This document shows, piece by piece, positions 24,330 to 31,126 of a stretch of 31,126 nt of DNA. The stretch lies in contig JACKEV010000010.1 of assembly GCA_020632795.1 (NCBI GenBank), forward strand, positions 1 to 31,126, read 5' to 3'. The translations under genes and the position numbers were made by a program. This DNA is from Alphaproteobacteria bacterium. GTDB lineage: Bacteria; Myxococcota_A; UBA796; CAJQPC01. Each line of letters starts with the position of its first letter. The first letter of the stretch is position 1. The notes under the pieces were generated by a model. It saw only the letters and a list, made by a program, of their open reading frames with translations. It searched no databases and was not told where the DNA came from.

Positions 24330-24403
24330 GCCGGTGTAGCTCAGTCGGCCAGAGCGCCTGACTCGTAATCAGGAGGTCGCCGGTTCGACTCCGGCCACCG
24401 GCT
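24330..24403 (+). tRNA. tRNA-Thr(CGT)
   Basis: Acceptor GCCGGTG/CACCGGC, anticodon loop CTCGTAA, T-arm GCCGG-TTCGACT-CCGGC. Confidence 0.85.
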
Positions 24404-24411
24404 CTCCATGC

Positions 24412-24483
24412 GCCCGGGTAGCTCAGTGGAAGAGCACCGCACTGGTAACGCGGAGGTCGGGAGTTCGATTCTCCCCCCGGGCA
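24412..24483 (+). tRNA. tRNA-Thr(GGT)
   Basis: Acceptor GCCCGGG/CCCGGGC, anticodon loop CTGGTAA, T-arm GGGAG-TTCGATT-CTCCC. Confidence 0.8.
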
Positions 24484-24487
24484 TTGT

Positions 24488-24560
24488 GCCCGCTTGGCTC
24501 AACAGGCAGAGCATCCGTCTTGTAAGCGGGAGGTTGCGAGTTCGATTCTCGCGGCGGGCA
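24488..24560 (+). tRNA. tRNA-Thr(TGT)
   Basis: Acceptor GCCCGCT/GGCGGGC, anticodon loop CTTGTAA, T-arm GCGAG-TTCGATT-CTCGC. Confidence 0.8.
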
Positions 24561-24569
24561 CTACCTCAT

Positions 24570-24642
24570 GCAGGCGTAGCTCACTTGGAAGAGCGTCGGG
24601 TTTCCACCCCGAAGGTCGCCGGTTCGACCCCGGTCGCCTGCT
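24570..24642 (+). tRNA. tRNA-Gly(TCC)
   Basis: Acceptor GCAGGCG/CGCCTGC, anticodon loop TTTCCAC, T-arm GCCGG-TTCGACC-CCGGT. Confidence 0.8.
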
Positions 24643-24689
24643 CTCACGAGACCCCATGCGTGTTCGCGATGTCACCTCAGGAGGCGGTC

Positions 24690-25277
24690 ATGGACAGCGT
24701 ATTGTTGCTGAACGCAGACTACACCCCATTGAGCGTGCTCGGCTGGCAGCGGGCGGTGAACCTGCTGCTCGACGAGAAGGCCAACGTGGTCGTCGAGTAC
24801 GCCGGTCGCGTCATCCGCTCCCAGTCGTTCGACCTGCCCTGGCCGGCGGTCGTCGCGCTGCACCGGTACCGGAAGCACAGCGAGCGCGTCCGGTTCAACC
24901 GCATCAGCGTGATCGCCCGGGACAGCGCGTCCTGCCAGTACTGCGGGGTCACCCCGAGGGGCCGCAACGGCCGCCTGGCCATCGACGAGCTGACCCTCGA
25001 CCACGTCGTGCCCCGCGCGCGCGCGGTCGACGGCCGGGTCCGGCTGCCGTGGAGCGGCCGTCGGGTGCCGGTGACCTCCTGGGAGAACGTCGTCATCGCC
25101 TGCGAGCCCTGCAACCACCGCAAGGCCGACCGCCTGCCCGAGGAGGCCGGCATGACCCTCCGGCGGCCGCCACACCGCCCGTCGTCCAGGGAGATCCTGC
25201 ACGCGAACCTGCTCCGGGCGAGGATCCCGGAGGAGTGGCGGATGTTCCTGCCCGAGGCGACGCTCCCGCAGAGCTGA
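24690..25277 (+). CDS. HNH endonuclease
   Basis: ATG at 24690 with RBS CAGGAGG; an alternative ATG lies at 24669. HNH signature CQYCG...LDHVVPRAR...N...CEPCNHRKAD (Cys4 zinc plus H-N-H). An intrinsic terminator follows. Confidence 0.75.
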   Translation: MDSVLLLNADYTPLSVLGWQRAVNLLLDEKANVVVEYAGRVIRSQSFDLPWPAVVALHRYRKHSERVRFNRISVIARDSASCQYCGVTPRGRNGRLAIDELTLDHVVPRARAVDGRVRLPWSGRRVPVTSWENVVIACEPCNHRKADRLPEEAGMTLRRPPHRPSSREILHANLLRARIPEEWRMFLPEATLPQS

Positions 25278-25283
25278 GACCAC

Positions 25284-25320
25284 GCGCCCCCCTTGACGGG
25301 GGGCGCGCTTGGTTGTATTT
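25284..25320 (+). terminator. Intrinsic terminator: 9-bp stem GCGCCCCCC-TTGAC-GGGGGGCGC followed by GCTTGGTTGTATTTGTTG
   Basis: Perfect stem plus T-rich tail directly after the HNH stop. Confidence 0.6.
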
Positions 25321-25334
25321 GTTGCTCAGGCAAC
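25319..25334. promoter_or_regulatory. Palindromic operator TTGTTGC-TCAG-GCAACA (copy 1) immediately upstream of marR
   Basis: The inverted repeat GTTGC/GCAAC ends 4 nt before the marR ATG. The identical 16-mer recurs at 25806-25821. Confidence 0.5.
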
Positions 25335-25337
25335 ATC

Positions 25338-25787
25338 ATGAAAGACCGCTTCTCCGACACCTCCAGCATCGACAAGGCGACGGCCTACCGGCTGCTGCGG
25401 GTGGCCCGGCTGCTCCGCCACGACCTGGCGGGCGCGCTGGCCCGGTGGGACCCGGACCTCACGCCGGAGCAGTACTTCGTCCTCTTCCGGCTGCACGAGC
25501 GCGACGGGCGCGCCCAGCGCGAGCTGGTGGACCCGGTGCTGGACGACCGGGCCAACATCACCCGCCTGGTGGACAAGCTCCAGGCGCGGGGGCTGGTCGA
25601 GCGGCGCCCGGACCCGGACGACGGGCGGCGCAACCAGGTGTGGCTCACCGACGCCGGCCGCGCCCTCTTCGACACGCTGCTGCCCCGCATCCCCGCCGAG
25701 CGGCGCCGCCTGTTCGGCGACCTCGCCCCCGGCGAGCTGGACGCGCTGCACGACCTGCTGGACCGACTGGAGGATCGCCTGGGGTGA
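25338..25787 (+). CDS. MarR-family transcriptional regulator
   Basis: 150 aa with a winged-helix region (LTPEQYFVLFRLHERDGRAQRELVDPVLDDRANITRLVDKLQARGLVERRPDPDDGRRNQVWLT) typical of MarR. Confidence 0.75.
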   Translation: MKDRFSDTSSIDKATAYRLLRVARLLRHDLAGALARWDPDLTPEQYFVLFRLHERDGRAQRELVDPVLDDRANITRLVDKLQARGLVERRPDPDDGRRNQVWLTDAGRALFDTLLPRIPAERRRLFGDLAPGELDALHDLLDRLEDRLG

Positions 25788-25805
25788 TCCTCTTTTTTCC
25801 CATGA

Positions 25806-25821
25806 TTGTTGCTCAGGCAAC
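25806..25821. promoter_or_regulatory. Palindromic operator TTGTTGC-TCAG-GCAAC (copy 2) upstream of the NTF2-like gene
   Basis: Exact 16-mer repeat of 25319-25334, 14 bp upstream of the ATG at 25836. Confidence 0.5.
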
Positions 25822-25835
25822 TTTTTGGAGGACCC

Positions 25836-26195
25836 ATGCCGCACGACGACATCGCCCGCACCCTGCACCGCTGGACCGAGGCCACCGCCGCCCAGGACGC
25901 CGACGCCCTGGCGGAGGTCTTCCACCCCGCCGCCGTGCAGGTGGTGGTCACCCCCGAGCGCGAGCTGGTGCTGACGACGGCGGACTACCTGGACATGCTG
26001 CGGGCGAAGCGGATCGGCGGCCACGCGGCGCAGGTGGTCGTCCACAGCGTGGAGGCCGCGGGCGCGGTGGCCGCCGCGCGGGTGAGTCGGACCACCGCGA
26101 AGGTCCGCTTCGACGACGCCGTGTCCCTGCTCAAGGTGGACGGGCAGTGGCGGGTGACCGGGGCGGCCGTGACGGTGACGCCGCTCGAGGGCTGA
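25836..26195 (+). CDS. NTF2-like / SnoaL-like small protein (hypothetical)
   Basis: 119 aa, RBS GGAGGA. The length and an alpha+beta pattern ending ...DGQWRVTGAAVTV are typical of the NTF2-like superfamily. Confidence 0.45.
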   Translation: MPHDDIARTLHRWTEATAAQDADALAEVFHPAAVQVVVTPERELVLTTADYLDMLRAKRIGGHAAQVVVHSVEAAGAVAAARVSRTTAKVRFDDAVSLLKVDGQWRVTGAAVTVTPLEG

Positions 26196-26281
26196 TGCGT
26201 TTCACATCATCGGTGCTTCCTGAATCACTACGTGTGATGCATAGCGCATCATGACCGGCTGAAACAGCGCGCTGGAGCGGT

Positions 26282-26297
26282 TGGCACGGCGCGTGCT
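26282..26297 (+). promoter_or_regulatory. Sigma54 (-24/-12) promoter TGGCACG-GCGC-GTGCT upstream of rtcB
   Basis: TGGCACG-N4-TTGCW consensus matched except for one position. GG and GC are spaced correctly. It lies about 30 bp upstream of the rtcB ATG. Inverted repeats ATCAC-TACGT-GTGAT and TGATGC-ATAGC-GCATCA lie 30-70 bp further upstream. Confidence 0.55.
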
Positions 26298-26325
26298 TCA
26301 TGATGGGGCATCCACGGAGCCCCTC

Positions 26326-27540
26326 ATGTGCACCCTGCCTGTCCACGCCCGCATCCTCGCCCGCGACGACGTCCGCGTTGAAGGCGACGCCGTCGATCAG
26401 CTCGCCCGCGTGGCGGGCTTCCCCGGCTGCGTGCGGGCTGTCGGCCTGCCGGACCTGCACCCCGGGCCAGGCATCCCCATCGGCGCGGCCTTCGCGTTCC
26501 GCGACGCGGTGTGGCCCGGTCTGGTGGGCGGAGACGCCGGCTGCGGCGCGCGGCTGGTGGCCCTCTCCAAGACCCGGATGCGCGGGGACGCCCTGGAGCG
26601 CCGCGTGCGGGAGTGGACCGAGGGCCCGCCGCTGCCGGACGCCGACCCCGACGCGCTGCTGGCGGCGGTCTGGGCCCGGGGCCCGCGCGGCCTGGCGGAG
26701 GTCCCGGGCGTGCCCGCCTCCCTGGCGGCGCTCGCCGAGGTCGAGGCCCCCGAGCCGGATGGCCCGGTCGCTCCCCTGCCCTTCGAGGGTCGGTTCGGGG
26801 CGTCCCTGGGCACGGTGGGTGGGGGCAACCACTTCGCCGAGATCAGCGAGGTCACCGAGGTGGCCGACAAGCCGCGCGCGCGGGCCCTGGGCCTCCGGCA
26901 CGGCGGGACGGTGGTGCTGGTCCACTCCGGGTCCCGGGGTCTGGGCAAGGCCCTGGCCGATCGGTGGGGCCTGCGGGCGCTGACCGGCGCCGACCAGGCG
27001 CAGTACCTGGGCGAGCTGGCCGGCGCGCTGCGGTTCGCCCGCGCCAACCGGCTGGTCATCGCGTGGAGGCTGCTGGGCGCCCTGGGCTCCGCGCGCCCCT
27101 CCCGCGTCGCCCATCAGGTCGACCTCATCCACAACAGCGTGGTCCGGGGCACCCTGGGCGGGCAGGGGGTATGGGTCCACCGCAAGGGCAGCGCCCCGGC
27201 CGAGGCCGGCCAGCCCACCGTGGTGCTGGGCAGCCGGGGCACGCCGAGCTGGGTGATGGAGGGCACCGGCTCGGAGGACAGCCTGGCCTCGGTGGCCCAC
27301 GGCGCGGGCCGGGCGATGGGGCGCAGCGAGGCGGTGGCCAAGCTCAAGCCGGCCATGACCCGGAAGTCCCTGCTGCGGACCGCGTCAGGGGGGCGGGTCA
27401 TCTGCGACGACCCCGAGCTGCTCTACGCCGAGCACCCCAAGGCCTACAAGCCCATCGGGCCGGTGGTCGACAGCCTGGTGGAGGCCGGGCTGGCCCGGCC
27501 AGTGGCGGCGCTGCTGCCGCAGTTCACGGTGAAGCGATGA
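26326..27540 (+). CDS. rtcB: RtcB-family RNA 3'-phosphate/5'-OH ligase
   Basis: 404 aa. Conserved RtcB metal- and GTP-site motifs DAGCGAR (D-x-GCG), GGGNHFAE (GxGNHF) and HGAGR (HNHAGR-like). ATG at 26326 with GGAG 8 nt upstream. Confidence 0.8.
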   Translation: MCTLPVHARILARDDVRVEGDAVDQLARVAGFPGCVRAVGLPDLHPGPGIPIGAAFAFRDAVWPGLVGGDAGCGARLVALSKTRMRGDALERRVREWTEGPPLPDADPDALLAAVWARGPRGLAEVPGVPASLAALAEVEAPEPDGPVAPLPFEGRFGASLGTVGGGNHFAEISEVTEVADKPRARALGLRHGGTVVLVHSGSRGLGKALADRWGLRALTGADQAQYLGELAGALRFARANRLVIAWRLLGALGSARPSRVAHQVDLIHNSVVRGTLGGQGVWVHRKGSAPAEAGQPTVVLGSRGTPSWVMEGTGSEDSLASVAHGAGRAMGRSEAVAKLKPAMTRKSLLRTASGGRVICDDPELLYAEHPKAYKPIGPVVDSLVEAGLARPVAALLPQFTVKR

Positions 27541-28163
27541 GGCGGCTGTTGCTGGTGTCCGCCGGCACCGGGCCGGTGGAGGTGCGGCGCTTCGTGGCGC
27601 TGCTGGCGGCCTGGTTGGCCGAGGCCTGCGCGTCGCGGGGGCTCGCGGTGCGCTCGGTGACCGTGAGCGGTGAGGACGAGGCGCCGCGGTCGGTGACGCT
27701 GGAGGTCTCGGGCGGGGCGTCGCTGGAGGGCCTGCTGGGGACCCACGCGCTGGTGGCCCGCAGCGCGACCCGGGGCCGCCGCGCCCGCAAGCGCTGGTAC
27801 GCCGGAGTCAGCGCGCACGACGCGCCCGTCGGGGCTGCGGTGGAGGTCGACCCCTCGGAGGTGAGCTTCACCGCGTGCCGGGCGGGGGGCCCCGGCGGGC
27901 AGCACGTCAACACCACCGCCAGCGCGGTGTGGGCCACCCATGGGCCCACCGGGCTGCGGGTACGTGTCGCCAGCGAGCGCTCCCAGCACGCCAACCGGAG
28001 GATCGCCCTGGCGCGGCTGGCGGAGGTGCTCGCCTCGCGGGACGCTGAGAAGCGCGCGGTGGGCCGGGACCGGCGATGGCGCTCCCACCATCGCCTGGAA
28101 CGGGGGCGTCCGGTGCGGACCTGGGGGCTGGATCCCGGTGGGGCTGCGCTGGTGGAGCGCTGA
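27537..28163 (+). CDS. prfH: Peptide chain release factor homologue PrfH (RF-H)
   Basis: 208 aa. GGQ motif (GGPGGQHVNTTASAV) in a short class-I RF-like fold. The start overlaps the rtcB stop (ATGA), the canonical rtcB-prfH coupling. Confidence 0.75.
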   Translation: MRRLLLVSAGTGPVEVRRFVALLAAWLAEACASRGLAVRSVTVSGEDEAPRSVTLEVSGGASLEGLLGTHALVARSATRGRRARKRWYAGVSAHDAPVGAAVEVDPSEVSFTACRAGGPGGQHVNTTASAVWATHGPTGLRVRVASERSQHANRRIALARLAEVLASRDAEKRAVGRDRRWRSHHRLERGRPVRTWGLDPGGAALVER

Positions 28164-28183
28164 GCGGTGGGTTAGCCGGCGAC

Positions 28184-29116
28184 ATGCGCGCCCCCTCCAT
28201 CCGCGACAGCATGAGCGCCCTGCTCCAGCTCCCCCGGCCTGCGCAGGTCGCGGCGGCCGAGGCGCTGCGGCGCAGCCTGGCCGATCGCAGCCCGCCCGAG
28301 GAGTGGAACACCCGCTTCGGGCCGGGCTCGCTGTTCGAGGCCTGGACGTCCACCCGGCTCACGACCGGGCTCTACGCGGAGAACGCCCTGGCGCTGCGCC
28401 CGGTGGTGACCCGACCGGGCTGGCGGGTGGTGGAGATCGGCGGGGGCGATGGTCGGCTGTGGGCCGGGCTGGCCGAGGGCATGGCCCCCGGCGAGCTGGT
28501 GGTCATCGACCCGGCGGAGGAGGTGCGCGCGGCGGTGATGCGGCGGCTGCCGCCCCAGGTGCGGCTTCGATTCGTGGTCTCGCCGGTCGAGGCGGTGAGC
28601 CTGCCCCCGGCGGACGCGGTGGTCTGCTCGCTGACGCTGCACCACCTTGCCGGTCGGGATGCGGCGGAGCGGGCCCGCTACGGCTTGAGCGGGCCTGGCA
28701 AGCTGGAGGTGCTCCAGCGTATCCGAGGGTCCATCGCCGAGCGACGCGGCTTCCTGCTGCTCAACGAGGCCGACGTGTACTGCGACGTGCAGATCCCGCC
28801 CGGCGACCCGCTGCTGGCCGACCACCTCGCCGACAGCTACCTGCGGCGCTGCGGGCGGGCCTTGCTCGACGAGCTGCGGGACCGCGAGGCCATTGGCGAC
28901 CCCCACCACATGGTGCCCCGGCTGGAGGCGATCCTGCACCGGTGGTGCCTGGACCAGCTCCGCCTCGCCCTGGTGCCCCGCGCCGAGCGCGACGTCTACG
29001 AGCTGGACGTGTTCCGTTGGCTGGAGGTGCTCGACAGGGCGGGGCTCAAGGTGGTGGAGCGCGGGTTCACCGACCCCTACGGGCTGTTCCACCGGTATGT
29101 GTGCCGGGCTGAATAG
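28184..29116 (+). CDS. Class I SAM-dependent methyltransferase (unknown substrate), third gene of the rtcB-prfH operon
   Basis: Motif I VVEIGGGDGRLW, with an acidic residue at the end of beta2 (VVIDPAEE). There is a 20-bp gap after prfH. A small stem and T-run follow at 29117-29134. Confidence 0.6.
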   Translation: MRAPSIRDSMSALLQLPRPAQVAAAEALRRSLADRSPPEEWNTRFGPGSLFEAWTSTRLTTGLYAENALALRPVVTRPGWRVVEIGGGDGRLWAGLAEGMAPGELVVIDPAEEVRAAVMRRLPPQVRLRFVVSPVEAVSLPPADAVVCSLTLHHLAGRDAAERARYGLSGPGKLEVLQRIRGSIAERRGFLLLNEADVYCDVQIPPGDPLLADHLADSYLRRCGRALLDELRDREAIGDPHHMVPRLEAILHRWCLDQLRLALVPRAERDVYELDVFRWLEVLDRAGLKVVERGFTDPYGLFHRYVCRAE

Positions 29117-29133
29117 CGAACGGTGTTCGGTTT

Positions 29134-30726
29134 TCAGTCGAAGAGCACCGCCGTCCGCACCGGGCGCACCGGCGTCGGGCCGCCGCCGGACACGACCTCG
29201 GTGCTGGGCAGGTCCACGACCTCGCCCTGGACGACCATTCGCTTGGAGCTGCCGCCGTCGAGGTTCATGGCCCGCACGCAGCCCAGCGCGGCCATCAGGC
29301 GGGCGGTGGCGGCCAGGGTCAGGCCCGGGGCGCGCTCGAAGTTGCGGCCGTCGACCGCCGCGAAGACCAGCGCGCCGTCCGCGGTCAGGCCCGCGGCCAT
29401 GCGGGGCAGCAGGTTCTGGTCGTAGGTCTCGTCCGTGGAGAAGGTCACCGGCGGCGCGGTGCCGGAGAAGTCCTCGGCGGGCAGCTCGCGCTCGGGGCCG
29501 TCGGGGTCCAGCAGCATGGGGCCGCCCGCGATCGCGTCACGGACTGGAGCGTCACGGACTGGCGCAGACAACGAAAACGACACGCGCGCGCCGGGCTCGG
29601 CCCCCGTGAGCGGGACCCCCACGGGCGCGCGCAGCACGAAGCCGGAGAGCGGAATGGGCAGGCTCCCCTGCCCCGACGCGACGACCTGCCGCCCCACGAC
29701 CGCGACACCAGCGCGGCGCCCGCCGGGGCTCTCCAGCCCGAAGGCGCGGTTGAAGGCGGTCCAGCCCGAGGCCGCCGCGGTGTTCCGGGCGGTGACCCGG
29801 GCCTCGCCGCCGGGCCAGCGCACGACCAGCCCCTCCGGGCCGAGGGGCGCGATGGTCCGCTGGCCCCGGGCGTCCTCCACGAGGGCGGCGCGCCGGAAGG
29901 CCGGGGGCTGGACCACCTCGCCGTCGCTGACCAGCAGGCCCACCGGGTCCCCCTGCGCGGCCGGCGGCTGGATGTCGGACTCCGAGTACAGGAAGAAGCC
30001 CCCGCTGACGCCGGCGGTGGCCCCCCTGGACCGCATGACCTCCGCGAAGGACACCCCGGGGGCGGTGGCCTGGGTGTCGAGCACCCGGAGGCGACCGCCC
30101 CGGACGCGCAAGGCATTGACGTGCAGGGGCCCGAAGTCGCTCGGGCCGGTGATGCGGGCGTGGGCGACCCCGGGGCCGACCTCCCGCCAGCGGGCAGCGG
30201 CGACGGCCTCCTCCAGGGGCGGGCCTGCCCCGTGCTGGAGCAGGGCGGCGTGGCTGTAGTAGAAGTCCGCGAGCGCGCGGATGCGCAGGGCGCGGGGCTT
30301 CGGCGCGTCCAGGATCTCGGCGGCGCGCTGGAGCAGGCCCACGCGCAGGACCCGCGCCTCCGGGCGGGCGGCCGCGAGCACGCCCAGCCGCGCGTGCACT
30401 GCTCGGAGCCGCCGCGCGAACATCGCGGCCTGGGGGCCGTCGACCTCCTCGGTGAGGCGCCGCGCGATCCGCGCGTCGAGGTCCAACAGCGCCGCCGCGC
30501 CCGCCTCCAGCTCGGCGAAGGCGCGCGTCGGCTCGACCCGGGCGGGCCCCCCGAAGGCGTCGAGCAGGGGCAGGACGCCCGGGTCGAGGCCCTCCGCGTC
30601 CACGAAGCGGGCGCAGGCCCGCTGCCAGCCATCGGTGTGCATCAGGGTGAGCTTATCGGAATCCTGGATCACCCTTCGGTGTCCGTTCCCTTGACGGATC
30701 GGTGTCCGGTGCACTAGCAGAGGCAT
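29134..30726 (-). CDS. Phosphodiester glycosidase family protein (NAGPA-like)
   Basis: C-terminal MNLDGGSS motif is typical of the phosphodiester glycosidase domain. Start chosen at 30726, the ATG 6 nt after GGAGGTG. The track ORF extension to 31056 is low-complexity. Confidence 0.55.
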   Translation of the reverse strand: MPLLVHRTPIRQGNGHRRVIQDSDKLTLMHTDGWQRACARFVDAEGLDPGVLPLLDAFGGPARVEPTRAFAELEAGAAALLDLDARIARRLTEEVDGPQAAMFARRLRAVHARLGVLAAARPEARVLRVGLLQRAAEILDAPKPRALRIRALADFYYSHAALLQHGAGPPLEEAVAAARWREVGPGVAHARITGPSDFGPLHVNALRVRGGRLRVLDTQATAPGVSFAEVMRSRGATAGVSGGFFLYSESDIQPPAAQGDPVGLLVSDGEVVQPPAFRRAALVEDARGQRTIAPLGPEGLVVRWPGGEARVTARNTAAASGWTAFNRAFGLESPGGRRAGVAVVGRQVVASGQGSLPIPLSGFVLRAPVGVPLTGAEPGARVSFSLSAPVRDAPVRDAIAGGPMLLDPDGPERELPAEDFSGTAPPVTFSTDETYDQNLLPRMAAGLTADGALVFAAVDGRNFERAPGLTLAATARLMAALGCVRAMNLDGGSSKRMVVQGEVVDLPSTEVVSGGGPTPVRPVRTAVLFD

Positions 30727-31116
30727 ATGCATCACCTCCGCGCCCGCGCTGCTCGCCTCGCCCTGCTGTTGGGGGTGGCGCTGTGGGTGTTCGGGCTGAC
30801 CGCCCGGCACGTCCACCGGGTCCAGGTGATGCACGTCGTCTGCGCCGTGCACGGCGAGATCCTGGAGATGGACGCCCAGGCCAGCGCGGACGACGCCCAC
30901 ACCGGCACCGACGAGCTGCGCACCGCGCCTGACGACCCCCACGACCACGACTGCGCCCTCCAGGGCGTGAGCGCGGCGGGGCTCGCCCAGCTCACCCTCG
31001 CGCTGCCGGCCCCCACGAACCACCAGCGCGTCCCCCGGCTCGGCGCCCGCGCCCACGGCATCCGGGGCCCCCCGCTGGCCTACGCCCCCAAGACCTCTCC
31101 GCCCCTGTCCTGCTGA
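30727..31116 (+). CDS. Small His-rich membrane-anchored protein (hypothetical)
   Basis: 129 aa. N-terminal hydrophobic segment RLALLLGVALWVFGL, then a His/Asp-rich tract (HVHRVQVMHVVCAVHGE...DDPHDHDC). RBS-like AGAGG sits 3 nt upstream. It starts 1 nt from the divergent glycosidase start inside an ATGCATATGCAT palindrome, so one of the two starts may be wrong. Confidence 0.3.
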   Translation: MHHLRARAARLALLLGVALWVFGLTARHVHRVQVMHVVCAVHGEILEMDAQASADDAHTGTDELRTAPDDPHDHDCALQGVSAAGLAQLTLALPAPTNHQRVPRLGARAHGIRGPPLAYAPKTSPPLSC

Positions 31117-31126
31117 GCGCTCCCCC

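Noticed and set aside
26511-28163. 550-aa ORF running from inside rtcB through prfH
   Set aside because: For most of its length it is an out-of-frame reading of rtcB. The true genes are 26326..27540 and 27537..28163, coupled by ATGA.
29445-30632. 395-aa minus-strand ORF inside the glycosidase gene
   Set aside because: Alternative frame of the NAGPA-like gene. Pro/Arg/Ser-rich low-complexity sequence.

Overview
High-GC (~70%) bacterial chromosome segment, myxobacteria-like in codon usage and lipoprotein content; the taxonomic guess is inference only. Four blocks are visible. (1) 79-8688: a lipoxygenase gene convergent with a minus-strand operon of six secreted or lipoprotein genes. That operon ends in an MbnP-like / MbnH-like (di-heme CxxCH peroxidase) pair and also holds a vWA lipoprotein and a TolB-like beta-propeller lipoprotein with a CxxCH motif; several genes are translationally coupled through GTGA overlaps. 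An MscS channel gene lies upstream. (2) 8877-13556: an arginine biosynthesis operon argC-GNAT-argJ-argB-argD behind a sigma70-like promoter overlapping an ARG-box-like site. Then a Cys-rich acidic lipoprotein, a DUF481 outer-membrane protein, acetyl-CoA synthetase and two tandem paralogous zinc-ribbon membrane proteins. (3) 19023-29116: an RNA-repair locus. A sigma54 enhancer-binding protein whose N-terminal domain reads as the CARF domain of RtcR (19023-20495, minus) is oriented divergently from a sigma54-type promoter, RtcB, the release-factor homologue PrfH and a SAM methyltransferase (26282-29116). The ~5.8 kb between the regulator and its presumed target holds a dense array of 23 tRNA or tRNA-like genes (21228-24642) giving complete isoacceptor sets for Pro, Ala, Thr and Gly plus Lys x2, Gln x2, Cys x3, Trp and Val. 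Inside the array is an ATP-dependent RNA ligase with an N-terminal tRNA-binding OB fold (22390-23484); after it come an HNH endonuclease and a MarR / NTF2-like pair with a duplicated palindromic operator. Three tRNA-like copies carry a shared ~14-nt insertion plus a 1-nt T-loop deletion, and the Ala copies carry an extra base in the 3' acceptor strand. (4) 29134-31116: a phosphodiester-glycosidase-like gene and an abutting divergent His-rich small ORF. Coordinates follow the supplied ORF track; sub-codon positions worked out by eye may be off by 1-2 nt. Many long antisense ORFs in the track are typical high-GC artefacts.
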